64,000 nucleotides of DNA from Clostridia bacterium (GTDB lineage Bacteria > Bacillota > Clostridia > Oscillospirales > CAG-272): positions 1 through 64,000 of the forward strand of contig JAFTOB010000160.1 in assembly GCA_017451545.1 (NCBI GenBank), in the 5' to 3' direction. This document shows positions 28,401 through 37,394 of the stretch, piece after piece. A program made the position numbers and the translations under genes. The notes beneath the pieces are model-generated. The model was not told the origin of the DNA and did no database searches. It saw only the letters and a program-made list of their open reading frames with translations. Within the stretch, counting starts at the first letter, position 1. Each line of letters begins with the position of its first letter.

Positions 28401-29481
28401 TAGTCTCATCGCCGCCGTAGGGACGGCTCGCTATATCCTTTGCGATAATATCCTTGGCACGGGCCCTTGCAAGCTCTATGTCGTGGTCCGCAAAAATCGG
28501 TACGGGCTCGACCTCCTTTCCGCTGTTGTTGGCCTCTGCCACAGCGGCAGAAACGGCGGTCTTCTGATCCGAAATATAGCTTCCCACGTAATCTCCGCCG
28601 TCGGCAAGGGTGTCAAGAAGTGCGCAGACCGCGGTCTTCAGCAGGTTATTGGCCTTGACGGCAGAATCGGTGGAGTCATCGTCTATGCTCGCTATTGCCG
28701 AGTCATAAATACTCTGAACGTTCTCGGGACGGTTGGTTTCGTCGGGATAGAGTATTCCGTAAACGTCCCCGAGCCCAGCCATCACCTTATCCTGCATACG
28801 CTGGATGTTTATTTTATTGATCAGCGAGTTGTAAAGGTTGCGGTATTCAATATCCGAGCTCTGAACGTTCTCCTCAGACGTAACGGCGCGACAGGCCGCA
28901 AGGCTTCCGCCCTCTTCAAGTGCCTTTTCAATGATGCCGTTTACTGCATCGGAGTCGCCCTCACGCCCAAGCGCAAGGATCATCTCCTTATATATGGCGG
29001 TGTACATACGGTCGCACATTCCGTTCTCGACTCCGAGAGTGAGCTCGTCGTGGACATTGGCATTTTCGATAGCCACACAGATATCGTTATACGCGTTATC
29101 AATGGCCGTGGCGGCATCGCCTGTGAAGTTATCCTTGAAGGTGTGGTATATCCACGTAACCTCGCCCGCCGCTCTGCCCTTCAGGCGCAGAAGCTCGATG
29201 GTGTCTATCTGCAGAACGCTGTCAAGCTGGAGCAGGTCTATTTTGGTTCGGTATCCGATAATACTGTTTCTCACGGCCTGCTTCTTGGTGGCATTTGATT
29301 CTATCGCATCGTAAGAGTCAGCAAGATTGCCGAGGTACGAGGTCGCGCTGTTGGCGGCGGCCACGTTCTGCGAGTATATGTCATCTGCGGCCGAGGCGGC
29401 AAATGAGAACACCGTGACGGCGAGAAGCACCGCGGAGATCATTATCAAGCCGTATTTCATTGTCCTTTTTCTGTTTGTCAT
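25492..29481 (-). CDS. Giant membrane protein: N-terminal signal, about 1000 aa of acidic Ala/Asp/Lys-rich repeats, two to three TM helices, and a C-terminal ribosomal uL15 (L15/L27A-family) globular-domain homolog
   Basis: The C-terminal 75 aa (GKKRAEINIDTIGRHFEAGEIVTLNTLKEKKLIAKSAGFVKILARGSLDKPLTVVAQSFSAAAVKMIVLTGGQTIVVEG) align with the uL15 C-terminal half (E. coli ...VVDLNTLKAANII...AKVILAGEVTTPVTV...AAGGKIE). AGGAG sits 7 nt before the ATG at 29481, and that ATG overlaps the dxs stop (ATGA). Confidence 0.8.
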   Translation of the reverse strand: MTNRKRTMKYGLIMISAVLLAVTVFSFAASAADDIYSQNVAAANSATSYLGNLADSYDAIESNATKKQAVRNSIIGYRTKIDLLQLDSVLQIDTIELLRLKGRAAGEVTWIYHTFKDNFTGDAATAIDNAYNDICVAIENANVHDELTLGVENGMCDRMYTAIYKEMILALGREGDSDAVNGIIEKALEEGGSLAACRAVTSEENVQSSDIEYRNLYNSLINKINIQRMQDKVMAGLGDVYGILYPDETNRPENVQSIYDSAIASIDDDSTDSAVKANNLLKTAVCALLDTLADGGDYVGSYISDQKTAVSAAVAEANNSGKEVEPVPIFADHDIELARARAKDIIAKDIASRPYGGDETMIALEREYNADSGIIDGCNTQDELDFEIARAALRADLYKKYLDTVSAIDGYVGDSTLKDDALDEYELADYNVKKIDRATDGAADSCTEAYDKGCEKLYELEVEAEVEDYLTDHAEILEKTPSGVTEDDREAILAAVQGITGLSDEAKTALNEERVPDDLAEKYKKITADKIGGIVGNTTPLREKYLGELTAQVNALDAEDDCNKLADVVTDADRIEDKAEEVDRVLDRYDEITAEDGYESFADADKTKLEGIADSASDGIVKASDETNITKAADDATVELNRARACAEVDAKASERDDLSESARAEADKTVADAKEKIAGLTDADEIDKAADDAVFALAKIFDVNDATEKVDNLKAKVESLGFLDATAKDGLKSDADGLLEDAKKAVADAETYDELEKAISDFEAAVTELETNSDKQDSDAEKAQKDAAVSELETEKNELKEKIDGLAYLTKEEKADLKNSADRAFEDAKSAVDAADSTDTVNKSKDAALTALDTVSKEADDRNAIAKHSQAAEAEAELRNKYDDVEDEISNLDYLTSAEKELLKKEATDAIEDFIGELAKAESMEDIRAAKADAYGALDAVLTKGKADNLAAAKESATGKLKAEKNKTDKLVDDFAFLKAEDQIQLKADNQAMLDAALAEIDAAESIDAVSDAHGDGAKKLSDHRENAQNAEDNACVNTLMPAIIALSALAVAEGAALLVLSKVGRKAKAHAYSFVPVTALAAVAPPVISPIAACILLIVLALADLFMAVLIVRLILKIERNRKRARLEEVEPEPAVEEVHDDLEVFDPEIITEPEPESVPEPVEEPAPAPVLVAVKQPDQLEGRAPRARLEPATKVTEWVSPIVLPEVKESVTVEEAEELMTDEEAALCEQTDVETGEIYTGKKRAEINIDTIGRHFEAGEIVTLNTLKEKKLIAKSAGFVKILARGSLDKPLTVVAQSFSAAAVKMIVLTGGQTIVVEGSPERGRK

Positions 29482-31358
29482 CTGTTATCTCCTGTGAGAG
29501 TTATTCTTTTTAAAATGTCATCGGCGGACAGACCTGCCGACTCGTATACCGTTTTGTCTTTTTCGCTTCTTATAAATGCGTTTTCAAGGGCCATTATCGA
29601 ATACTGCTTGCCCTCAAGGGAGCCGAGCTCACGCAGAGCCTCGGACAGGAGCATTCCCATACCGCCCGTTTTGATCTCTTCCTCGAGGAAGAGTATCTGT
29701 TTTGCGGACTTGACGGCTTCGGCAAGCCCTTCTGCGAGCTCGCGGTAGGGAGACAGCTTTTCGATGAGTACGATTCCGAGGCTTGTCCGTCCCTCGAGCA
29801 TCTTCTTTGCGCGGAGCGCCTCCCTGACGATAACGCCGTCGGTTATGACGAGCACCTCAGGCTTGTCCTCGGGGCCAAAATCGGTTTTGAAGCTCAGGCT
29901 GCCGACCTTTCCGTCGGGATAAAATACCTCTCCGATCTCCTCGCTCGGGCAGCCCTTGGGATAGCGGATGGCAGATGGGCCGCTGAGGGTCATTGCCTCC
30001 TCCATAGCCGCTTCAAGCGCGGCCGCCGTGGTTGGTGTGTAGATGGTCAGCCCGGGGATCTGAGAGAGGAAGGCCACGTCGAAGATGCCGTGGTGTGTGG
30101 GGCCGTCATCGGCATTTATGCCTGCTCGGTCGATACACATAATAACGGGGAGCTTTTGCAGTGCTATATCGTGAATTATGTTGTCATATGCTCTCTGGAG
30201 GAAGGTGGAATATACGGCAACCACGGGTCTCATTCCCTCGGCGGCGAGACCTGCCGCGAAGGTGAGTGCGTGCTCCTCGGCGATTCCCACGTCGAAAAAC
30301 CTATCCTTATGTGCGGCGGCGAAGATATCGAGCCCCGTACCCTGCGCCATGGCCGCCGTGATAGCACATATGCGACCGTCCGATTCGGCCATCGCCGTCA
30401 GCTTTTCACCGAATATCTGCGAAAAGCTTCTGTTTTGAGGCTTGCTTGCTGACTTTGACATAGAGTGGTAGGAATCCGGGTGGCTCTCGGCGGGCTCGTA
30501 GCCCTTGCCCTTCACGGTCTTGACGTGGATGAGCGTGCTCTGCTTTGCCGCCTTGGCTTCCTCAAGCAGGCGCTCGAGGGCTGCGGTATCGTGACCGTTG
30601 ACGGGACCGAGATAGTAAAGTCCCATATCCTCAAAGTAATTACTGCCGTACATAGCGTTTTTCAGCGACTTTTTACGCTTTTTGATAAAGTTGAAAAGTC
30701 CCTTGCCTATGAGGGGGATCCGTTTTATAAAATTACGTGTGGCGCGCTTGGTTTTGAGATAGCTCTTGCCCGCGCGAAGCTTTGCTATGTTTTTTGCGAA
30801 ATGGCCGATGTTTTTGGAGATCGACATTTCATTCTCATTGAGAATTATAATAAGGCGCAGGTTCTGCGCGCAATTATTCAGTGCCTCGTGGATCATTCCT
30901 CCCGTGAAGGCTCCGTCACCCACCACAGCCACGGTCACGGCATCCGAGCCGCAAAGCCGATCGGCCTCGGCAAATCCGATAGCCGCTGAAAGCGAGGTGG
31001 AGCTGTGCCCTGCGCCGAAGCAATCGTACTCGCTTTCGTCTCGGCTCGTAAAGCCCGCAAGGCCGCCTCCTGCGCGAAGGGTGTGAAAATTGTCCCGTCT
31101 TCCGGTGAGTATTTTATGTACGTAGCTCTGATGCCCGACGTCCCAGATAAGGTGGTCGCGTGGCAGGTCGAGAACTCTGTGCAATGCAACGGTAAGCTCT
31201 ACAACGCCGAGATTTGAAGAAAGGTGCCCGCCCGTTACACGGATGTTTTCAACCAAAAAATCGCGTATCTCATCGGTCAGCGCGGCGATCTCGGCTCTCG
31301 AGAGCCCTTTAAGATCCTCGGGGCGATCTATTCTGTTCAATATCTTATACTCGCCCAT
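29478..31358 (-). CDS. dxs: 1-deoxy-D-xylulose-5-phosphate synthase
   Basis: Thiamine-diphosphate motifs (GDGAFTGGM, HQSYVHKILTGRR) and transketolase-like C-terminal domains. GGAG sits 6 nt before the ATG at 31358. Confidence 0.9.
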   Translation of the reverse strand: MGEYKILNRIDRPEDLKGLSRAEIAALTDEIRDFLVENIRVTGGHLSSNLGVVELTVALHRVLDLPRDHLIWDVGHQSYVHKILTGRRDNFHTLRAGGGLAGFTSRDESEYDCFGAGHSSTSLSAAIGFAEADRLCGSDAVTVAVVGDGAFTGGMIHEALNNCAQNLRLIIILNENEMSISKNIGHFAKNIAKLRAGKSYLKTKRATRNFIKRIPLIGKGLFNFIKKRKKSLKNAMYGSNYFEDMGLYYLGPVNGHDTAALERLLEEAKAAKQSTLIHVKTVKGKGYEPAESHPDSYHSMSKSASKPQNRSFSQIFGEKLTAMAESDGRICAITAAMAQGTGLDIFAAAHKDRFFDVGIAEEHALTFAAGLAAEGMRPVVAVYSTFLQRAYDNIIHDIALQKLPVIMCIDRAGINADDGPTHHGIFDVAFLSQIPGLTIYTPTTAAALEAAMEEAMTLSGPSAIRYPKGCPSEEIGEVFYPDGKVGSLSFKTDFGPEDKPEVLVITDGVIVREALRAKKMLEGRTSLGIVLIEKLSPYRELAEGLAEAVKSAKQILFLEEEIKTGGMGMLLSEALRELGSLEGKQYSIMALENAFIRSEKDKTVYESAGLSADDILKRITLTGDNR

Positions 31359-31385
31359 AATAATCTCCATTTTATTAATAATATA

Positions 31386-31414
31386 ATTATACCACAAAAA
31401 GGGCGCGTAAACAA
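31386..31414 (-). promoter_or_regulatory. Putative dxs promoter
   Basis: TTGTTT-17 nt-(TG)gTATAAT on the minus strand. Confidence 0.35.
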
Positions 31415-31490
31415 TAGGAAAACGTCGATTTTCCAAAAAATTCTATATGATTTTTCGAAAATTTTTCAAAGTTTTTTTCAAAAAAGTGTT

Positions 31491-31519
31491 GACAAACGAA
31501 CGGGCGCGTGATATAATGT
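31491..31519 (+). promoter_or_regulatory. Consensus sigma-A promoter for ylxM-ffh-rpsP
   Basis: TTGACA-17 nt-TATAAT. Confidence 0.55.
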
Positions 31520-31575
31520 GTAAAGCATTTTGCTTTACAGCAAAAATCGCCTAAAATCATCGGACGGTGAGGCTT

Positions 31576-31917
31576 ATGTTTGAAAAAAATCTTGAGATGA
31601 GCTTCCTGCTCGATTTCTACGGCGACGTGCTGAGCGAGCGCAAAAGAAGCGTTATGACCATGTATTATAACGAGGATCTTTCCCTTTCCGAGATCGCCGA
31701 CGAGATCGGCATTTCCCGTCAGGGCGTTCGCGAGCTTATCAAAAAATCCGAGGACGAGCTGACCACCCTTGAGCAAAAGCTGGGGCTGGCTCAGAAGTCT
31801 GTCATCGCGCGTGAGTGCGCCGAGCGTCTTAAGGCTCTGCTCACCGACTGCGAGATCGACTCCCCCGTCAAAAGCGAGATGCTGGCGCTGGCAGAAGCGC
31901 TTGAGAACAACACCTGA
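31576..31917 (+). CDS. ylxM: YlxM/UPF0122 putative DNA-binding protein (sigma-70 region-4-like)
   Basis: Conserved position upstream of ffh. Motif SLSEIADEIGISRQGV. Confidence 0.7.
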   Translation: MFEKNLEMSFLLDFYGDVLSERKRSVMTMYYNEDLSLSEIADEIGISRQGVRELIKKSEDELTTLEQKLGLAQKSVIARECAERLKALLTDCEIDSPVKSEMLALAEALENNT

Positions 31918-31940
31918 AAAAACCGAAGGGAGGGAAAGTT

Positions 31941-33275
31941 GTGGCTTTCCAAAGCTTATCCGAAAAACTCAGCAATGCCTTTAAAAAGTTCCGTAACAAG
32001 GGCAAGCTGACCGAGGCCGACGTTAAGGAAGGTATGCGCGAGATCAAGCTGGCGCTCCTTGAGGCTGACGTTAACTTCAAGGTCGTGCGCGAGTTCGTCA
32101 AAACCGTTTCGGAGCGCGCCGTCGGCAGTGACGTGCTGGAATCCCTCGTTCCCGCTCAGCAGATAGTAAAGATAGTCAACGAGGAGCTTACCAATATTAT
32201 GGGCGGCTCCCAGAGCAAGCTTACCATCTCACCCAAGCCCCCCACAGTCGTTATGATGGTCGGCCTTCAGGGTGCGGGTAAGACCACTCACGCGGGCAAG
32301 CTCGCCGGAATGTACAAGAAGCAGGGCAAGCGTCCCCTTCTCGTGGCCTGCGACGTTTACCGCCCTGCCGCTATCAAGCAGCTCGAGGTCGTGGGCGCAC
32401 AGCTCGACATCCCCGTCTTCCAGATGGGCGACAAGGTCTCCCCTGTCAAGATCGCCGAGGAGGGTCTCAAATACGCCGTATCCAAAGGATACGACATGGT
32501 ATTTGTGGATACCGCGGGACGTCTTCATATCGACGAGGAGCTGATGGCCGAGCTTCAGGCCATTAAAGCCAAGGTCGAGCCCTCGGAGATCCTGCTCACC
32601 GTCGACTCCATGATCGGTCAGGACGCAGTCAACGTGGCGCAGACCTTCAACGATCTCCTTGATATAACCGGCGTGATCCTTACAAAGCTCGACGGTGACA
32701 CCCGTGGCGGTGCCGCGCTGTCGATCAAATATATCACAGGCAAGCCCATCAAGTTCGTGGGTATGGGCGAAAAGCTCGATGCGATCGAGCCCTTCCACCC
32801 CGACCGTATGGCAAGCCGAATCCTCGGAATGGGCGCCGTGCTCACCCTTATCGAAAAGGCAGAGCAAGCCTACGACGAGAAAAAGGCGGCCGAGCTTGAG
32901 CAAAAGCTCCGTCAGTCCACCTTCACCCTTGACGATTACCTTGACCAGTTCAAGCAGCTCAAGGATATGGGCAACCTCGACCAGCTTATGGGTATGGTTC
33001 CCGGCGTTAAGCCCGGCGCACTCAAGGAAGCGAAGATCGACGAAAAGGCGCTGGCGCGCACCGAGGCGATCATCCTCTCCATGACTCCCGCCGAGCGCAA
33101 CAAGCCCGAGCTTCTCAACGCATCCCGCAAAAAGAGGATCGCGGCAGGAAGCGGTACCTCGGTCGAGGAGGTCAACAAGCTGCTCAAGCAGTTTGACCAG
33201 ATCAAAACTCTTATGAAACAGTTTGCCGGCGGCGGAAAGCGCGGAAAGTTCGGCAAAATGAAGCTTCCCCTTTGA
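31941..33275 (+). CDS. ffh: Signal recognition particle protein Ffh
   Basis: NG domain GTPase motifs ([20 protein letters not shown]) and a Met-rich M domain. Confidence 0.95.
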   Translation: MAFQSLSEKLSNAFKKFRNKGKLTEADVKEGMREIKLALLEADVNFKVVREFVKTVSERAVGSDVLESLVPAQQIVKIVNEELTNIMGGSQSKLTISPKPPTVVMMVGLQGAGKTTHAGKLAGMYKKQGKRPLLVACDVYRPAAIKQLEVVGAQLDIPVFQMGDKVSPVKIAEEGLKYAVSKGYDMVFVDTAGRLHIDEELMAELQAIKAKVEPSEILLTVDSMIGQDAVNVAQTFNDLLDITGVILTKLDGDTRGGAALSIKYITGKPIKFVGMGEKLDAIEPFHPDRMASRILGMGAVLTLIEKAEQAYDEKKAAELEQKLRQSTFTLDDYLDQFKQLKDMGNLDQLMGMVPGVKPGALKEAKIDEKALARTEAIILSMTPAERNKPELLNASRKKRIAAGSGTSVEEVNKLLKQFDQIKTLMKQFAGGGKRGKFGKMKLPL

Positions 33276-33316
33276 CAAAATTAAAAAAATATAAATATTT
33301 TTGGAGGAAAACAAAA

Positions 33317-33562
33317 ATGGCAGTTAAAATCAGACTCAGAAGAATGGGCGCAAAGAAGGCTCCCTTCTACCGCGTTATCGTTGCAGACAGCCGCTCGCCC
33401 AGAAACGGCAGATTCATCGAGGAGATCGGTACTTACAATCCCCTGACCGAGCCTGCACAGGTCAACATCGACGCTGAGAAGGCAAAGAAGTGGATCGCCA
33501 ACGGCGCACAGCCCACCGAGACCGTCAAGTCCCTGCTCAAGAAGAACGGCATTATTGACTAA
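33317..33562 (+). CDS. rpsP: 30S ribosomal protein S16
   Basis: [34 protein letters not shown]. The track start at 33272 is an upstream in-frame TTG. Confidence 0.9.
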   Translation: MAVKIRLRRMGAKKAPFYRVIVADSRSPRNGRFIEEIGTYNPLTEPAQVNIDAEKAKKWIANGAQPTETVKSLLKKNGIID

Positions 33563-33578
33563 TTTTTGGTGAACCGTA

Positions 33579-33815
33579 ATGATCGATCTGAAAGAGACGT
33601 TAACGAACATCGCCAAAGCCCTCGTTGACTCGCCCGATGAGGTGGTAGTCACCGAGACCGTTGACGGAAAAAACGTCAACCTTGTCCTCAGCGTCGCTGC
33701 TGACGATATGGGTATGGTCATCGGACGCCACGGTAAGATCGCCAAAGCGATCAGAACCGTTATGAAGGCGGCAGCTAACTCTGCCGACAAGAGAGTCAAC
33801 GTCGAAATTAAGTAA
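33579..33815 (+). CDS. KH-domain RNA-binding protein (YlqC-like)
   Basis: GxxG KH motif (IGRHGKIAKAIR). Conserved position after rpsP. Confidence 0.8.
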   Translation: MIDLKETLTNIAKALVDSPDEVVVTETVDGKNVNLVLSVAADDMGMVIGRHGKIAKAIRTVMKAAANSADKRVNVEIK

Positions 33816-33821
33816 GACGGC

Positions 33822-33868
33822 AAAAAAGACGCAATACAGTATCTCTGCCTTGCGTCTTTTTTATTTTA
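33822..33868. terminator. Bidirectional terminator
   Basis: aaaagacgcaa...ttgcgtctttttt hairpin followed by a T-run. Confidence 0.55.
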
Positions 33869-35227
33869 TTTTCTTCTGAGCCTGATCAGATAACAGCTAA
33901 AATTGGGCAGTATCAGCTCTGGAACAAAGCGATCGCCGTAATACGTTGCTTTGCCGACAAGCTCCAGATTATGAGTATCATCGAGCAAATAGAACTCTGC
34001 CTGTGTTCCGTTCTCGCCGCCGAATCCCGAGAGATCAACGGAAAACGTTTGAGGCTCTGTGCTGTCATCATCATTAAAATGAGTCAGTATAACCGCCGCT
34101 TCATTCTCATTCCTTGCCGCGCAGATAAATCCGTTATTCTCCGCCGTAGCCTCAACACTTTCGCCGAGGCGATAAAGCTCGTTGAACATAGTAAAAGGAT
34201 AATATCCCTTGAGAACTCTGCCGATCACCGTGCAGTCAAACATTCCGTTCCAGAATTCGTTTGGACGGGCATCGTAATACATAAGCATATCAATGGAAGA
34301 ATATTGACAAGCGCACATTGTGGCAAGCGAGAAGGCTGCGCCCTTTATCTTTCCGCGCTGATCGTGGCTGTAAACGATATCGTCTCCGTGCCAACCGAGC
34401 ACGTAGTTCCATTCGTTTAGAATGCTCTCCGTGTCTTTAAAGCCGTATTTATCGAGAAGCTCGCGGGTCTTTATCGCCCTGGTAGTTATTCTTTCAACGT
34501 TATGAGCATAAACGTGCCATGAGAAGAAGTCAAGCGGTGCTTTGAGCTGAGACAGGAACATCTCCGCCCACTCATAATTGCCGGCCAGTGCGGGACCGCC
34601 TATCTTCAAATGGGGGAAGCATTTTTTCAGATGCGTTGCCACAACGTGATAAAACTCGAAAAACTGCTCGGGCGTGCCGCTCCACGTAGCGCTGACCTTA
34701 TCTTCCATACCGTAATAAAGATCGGGTTCGTTCCATATTTCCCAATAATCCATTTTGAAATTGAAGCCGTCAGCCCAGCCCTCGGTGTAATGGCGGATTA
34801 TATGCTCGCAGATGACCGCCCATTTATGAAAATCCTTCGGTGGATGGATGCCGTATTTTTTGATCTCGTGCTCTATTCTGTGTCCGAGGCGGTAAAACAC
34901 CTCCGTGTTTGCGAGATAGCAGCCCTGAACGTACTGATCGGTGAGCGCAAAATCATAATTTTCGGGATCTGTGGGATCGGCGTCAAAATTCGGGAAAATA
35001 TAATAAACGTCAACCGTATGCTCCTGACCGTAACGGTGATAGAACGACGAATCGTGGGTTCTCGCGTACGGAATACCCGCGTTTTTGAATTCATACAAAT
35101 TGTTGTTGAAGGGATGCAAGGTCCCGTTTTCAACGTCTTTGAGCTGAACCGACGGACCGTTATTTACCGCGTGCATTGGCTTGACCGCACCGAGAGTTTT
35201 TTCAAAGTTGACCTTTAAGTTTGGCAT
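33866..35227 (-). CDS. Clan GH-A glycoside hydrolase (GH39/GH30-like)
   Basis: WEIWNEPD catalytic acid/base motif and a TIM-barrel-like composition. No signal peptide. Confidence 0.65.
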   Translation of the reverse strand: MPNLKVNFEKTLGAVKPMHAVNNGPSVQLKDVENGTLHPFNNNLYEFKNAGIPYARTHDSSFYHRYGQEHTVDVYYIFPNFDADPTDPENYDFALTDQYVQGCYLANTEVFYRLGHRIEHEIKKYGIHPPKDFHKWAVICEHIIRHYTEGWADGFNFKMDYWEIWNEPDLYYGMEDKVSATWSGTPEQFFEFYHVVATHLKKCFPHLKIGGPALAGNYEWAEMFLSQLKAPLDFFSWHVYAHNVERITTRAIKTRELLDKYGFKDTESILNEWNYVLGWHGDDIVYSHDQRGKIKGAAFSLATMCACQYSSIDMLMYYDARPNEFWNGMFDCTVIGRVLKGYYPFTMFNELYRLGESVEATAENNGFICAARNENEAAVILTHFNDDDSTEPQTFSVDLSGFGGENGTQAEFYLLDDTHNLELVGKATYYGDRFVPELILPNFSCYLIRLRRK

Positions 35228-35359
35228 TTTTGTCCTCCGCTAATATTTTATTGAAACAATTATACCCCAATCACAGCTTTGTTGTCAAGAGCTTTAAAAA
35301 AGCAGAAAATTTTTCTGTAAAAAAAGCTCCGAGGCATTTTGCCTCGGAGCTTTTATGAA

Positions 35360-35638
35360 TTAGTCGGCGTAAACGCTGACCTGCTTCTTGTCCTTTGTCT
35401 TGTACTCAAACTTTACCTTGCCGTCGGTGAGAGCAAAGAGAGTGTAATCCTTGCCGCAGCCAACGTTCTGACCGGCAAGTATTGCGGAACCGCGCTGTCT
35501 GACAATGATATTGCCGGCAACAACGTGTGCGCCGTCTGCCTTCTTAACGCCGAGACGCTTGGATTCGCTGTCACGACCGTTCTTGGTAGAACCGACACCC
35601 TTTTTATGTGCAAAGAACTGTAAACCGATTCTCAACAT
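35360..35638 (-). CDS. rpmA: 50S ribosomal protein L27
   Basis: [32 protein letters not shown]. Confidence 0.9.
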   Translation of the reverse strand: MLRIGLQFFAHKKGVGSTKNGRDSESKRLGVKKADGAHVVAGNIIVRQRGSAILAGQNVGCGKDYTLFALTDGKVKFEYKTKDKKQVSVYAD

Positions 35639-35655
35639 CGTTTTTTCCTCCGTTA

Positions 35656-36024
35656 TTATTTGTTTGCGGCATAATCGCGATCGATGACTTCGACCGACAG
35701 ATTATCGTAATACTCCTCAAGCAGATCGTTCAGCTGATAATAATATCCGCAGAACAGACCGGAAACCGCGTAACGCTTTGCGTCATCGTCCTCATACTCG
35801 GCAAGTGCCGCGCGTGACATGACCTTTATGTTGGTTGCGCCTTCGTTTACGGTGTAATCCACGTCAGAGGCGTATGCTATCTCGATCGTGTTAACGATCA
35901 GCATGGTCATTGCCGAAAGCGCCGCGCACAGGATATCCTGCCCTTCATCGGCGTAACCGGTATGGCCTTCTTCCTCAAATCCGTAGAAGCTGCCGCCGCT
36001 TCTGAAAAATGTGATTTTTGTCAT
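35656..36024 (-). CDS. prp: Ribosomal-processing cysteine protease Prp (YsxB)
   Basis: Conserved position between rplU and rpmA. Catalytic His/Cys context ([18 protein letters not shown]). Confidence 0.8.
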   Translation of the reverse strand: MTKITFFRSGGSFYGFEEEGHTGYADEGQDILCAALSAMTMLIVNTIEIAYASDVDYTVNEGATNIKVMSRAALAEYEDDDAKRYAVSGLFCGYYYQLNDLLEEYYDNLSVEVIDRDYAANK

Positions 36025-36335
36025 TAGCCCTCGATAGCTGTGATCTGAACCTTAGTGTAAGGCTGTCTGTGACCGATCTTCTTCTTCTCGTTCTTCTTGG
36101 GCTTGTACTTCATAACGTAGATCTTCTTAGCCTTGCCGTTCTTGAGTACGTTTGCAGTAACCTTAGCACCCTCGACAACGGGAGCGCCAAACTTAACTGC
36201 GTCGCCTGCGGAGATAGCCATTACACGGTCAAATGTAACGACGTCGCCTTCTGCAGCTTCGAGCTTTTCGATGAAGATGATATCTCCCTCGTTAACCTTG
36301 TACTGCTTTCCGCCTGTTTCGATAATAGCAAACAC
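36024..36335 (-). CDS. rplU: 50S ribosomal protein L21
   Basis: [13 protein letters not shown]. The start is taken at GTG 36335, which has AGAGAGG 6 nt upstream. Confidence 0.9.
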   Translation of the reverse strand: MFAIIETGGKQYKVNEGDIIFIEKLEAAEGDVVTFDRVMAISAGDAVKFGAPVVEGAKVTANVLKNGKAKKIYVMKYKPKKNEKKKIGHRQPYTKVQITAIEG

Positions 36336-36344
36336 GAAAAGCAC

Positions 36345-36453
36345 CTCTCTTTCTCATAGACTCGCTTAGTGGGCGGCGCCTAAAAAAGCGCACTTAAAAA
36401 GCCGACACATCATGCGGCAGTATATTATACCACGACTTTAGTTCGTTTGTCAA
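36345..36453 (-). promoter_or_regulatory. rplU promoter (TTGACA-18 nt-TATAAT) plus a structured 5' leader, a candidate L21-leader autoregulatory element
   Basis: -35 at 36448-36453 and -10 at 36424-36429 on the minus strand. GC-rich leader hairpins with U-runs (gcgcttttttaggcgccgcc). Confidence 0.4.
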
Positions 36454-36539
36454 TACTTTTTCGAAATTTATTTCGGATTTTATTGACTTTTTTCGCGATT
36501 TTTAATATAATTATAAAAAACGCGGCAGGAGGGCAAAAA

Positions 36540-37070
36540 ATGAAGGCAGAAACGCTTATTGCGGCTTATTCCGTCATCTCAAAGCGCAAGTACACGACGC
36601 GTGCAAAGCTTGCCGAGCTCTGCTCTTTTACCGTTATGACGGCCGGCAACGCCGCCCGTGAGCTTAAACGACTGGGGCTTATAAGCGAGCGGATTTTTCC
36701 CAGCGCGGGCAAGCTCAGTCCCCTGCCCCTTTGCTTTTCTTTGATCACGGCGGATAAAGGACGGATCTCTCTTTCAAGAATTAACGAGGCGATGAAGCCC
36801 GTGACGTCGAGAACGAAGATAAGAAATTACAGCTTCCACACGGTTGATGACGTGGCCATCTTGCTGAACCAATGCTACGAGCCCGACGGAATCTTCCCCG
36901 TTCTTTTTTGCCGAGGAATCCCCGAGCTCGAGCTGAAGATCTTCGGCGACCTGCTTCCGACGTATATCCCCGTGCCCGACGGCGTGACGAATCTTAAAGA
37001 ATTTATGATTTCTTGCCTTATAAAGCAAAAAATCGAGGAAAAAGCCCTTGCAAAAACGGACGAGATGTGA
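36540..37070 (+). CDS. Putative winged-helix (MarR/ROK-N-terminal-like) DNA-binding protein
   Basis: GGAGGG RBS before the ATG at 36540. Predicted HTH LAELCSFTVMTAGNAARELKRLGLI. Confidence 0.45.
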   Translation: MKAETLIAAYSVISKRKYTTRAKLAELCSFTVMTAGNAARELKRLGLISERIFPSAGKLSPLPLCFSLITADKGRISLSRINEAMKPVTSRTKIRNYSFHTVDDVAILLNQCYEPDGIFPVLFCRGIPELELKIFGDLLPTYIPVPDGVTNLKEFMISCLIKQKIEEKALAKTDEM

Positions 37071-37088
37071 TATAATATCTAACGGCGC

Positions 37089-37163
37089 GCCTGCATAGTT
37101 AAATGGATATAATAACCCCCTCCTAAGGGGTAGTTATGGGTTCGATTCCCGTTGCGGGTGCCA
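37089..37163 (+). tRNA. tRNA-Arg (anticodon CCT)
   Basis: Folded by hand. Acceptor GCCTGCA/TGCGGGT with G1-U72 and U4-G69 wobble pairs, U8, D-loop with GG, anticodon stem ACCCC/GGGGT with loop CTCCTAA, 4-nt variable loop, T-loop TTCGATT, discriminator G, CCA encoded. Confidence 0.65.
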
Positions 37164-37199
37164 AAAAGCCCAAGCACCGAAAGGTGCTTGGGCTTTTTG
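37164..37199 (+). terminator. Rho-independent terminator after tRNA-Arg
   Basis: aaaaagcccaagcacc-gaaa-ggtgcttgggcttttt. Confidence 0.7.
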
Positions 37200-37201
37200 A
37201 T

Positions 37202-37247
37202 ACTTGCACGGCAACACATCTTTGCGCGAAGCGCAAAATTGGGTTCG
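37202..37247. repeat. 46-bp direct repeat, copy 1 (contains palindrome ttgcgcgaagcgcaa)
   Basis: Identical to the copy at 37341..37386. Confidence 0.8.
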
Positions 37248-37317
37248 CATTTTCGACCAAGGACGGCGGTAGCTCGCTGACCGACGGCCGGGCGAAAATA
37301 TTGGCCGAAGGCCATGC

Positions 37318-37386
37318 TTCCCGTTGCGGGCTTTTTTGCCACTTGCACGGCAACACATCTTTGCGCGAAGCGCAAAATTGGGTTCG
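37318..37386. repeat. tRNA-Arg 3'-end remnant (ttcccgttgcggg) plus a T-run plus 46-bp direct repeat, copy 2
   Basis: Looks like a deleted derivative of the tRNA 3' end, terminator and repeat seen at 37146..37247. Confidence 0.7.
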
Positions 37387-37394
37387 TAATAACA

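Noticed and set aside
25708-29298. Long plus-strand ORFs (497 aa and 411 aa) inside the giant minus-strand gene
   Set aside because: They are antisense to an ORF with a clear domain architecture and translational coupling. Their proteins are low-complexity (Leu/Gly/Ser-rich mirror of the acidic repeats) with no RBS or homology signal. This is a typical shadow ORF of a repeat-rich GC-biased gene.
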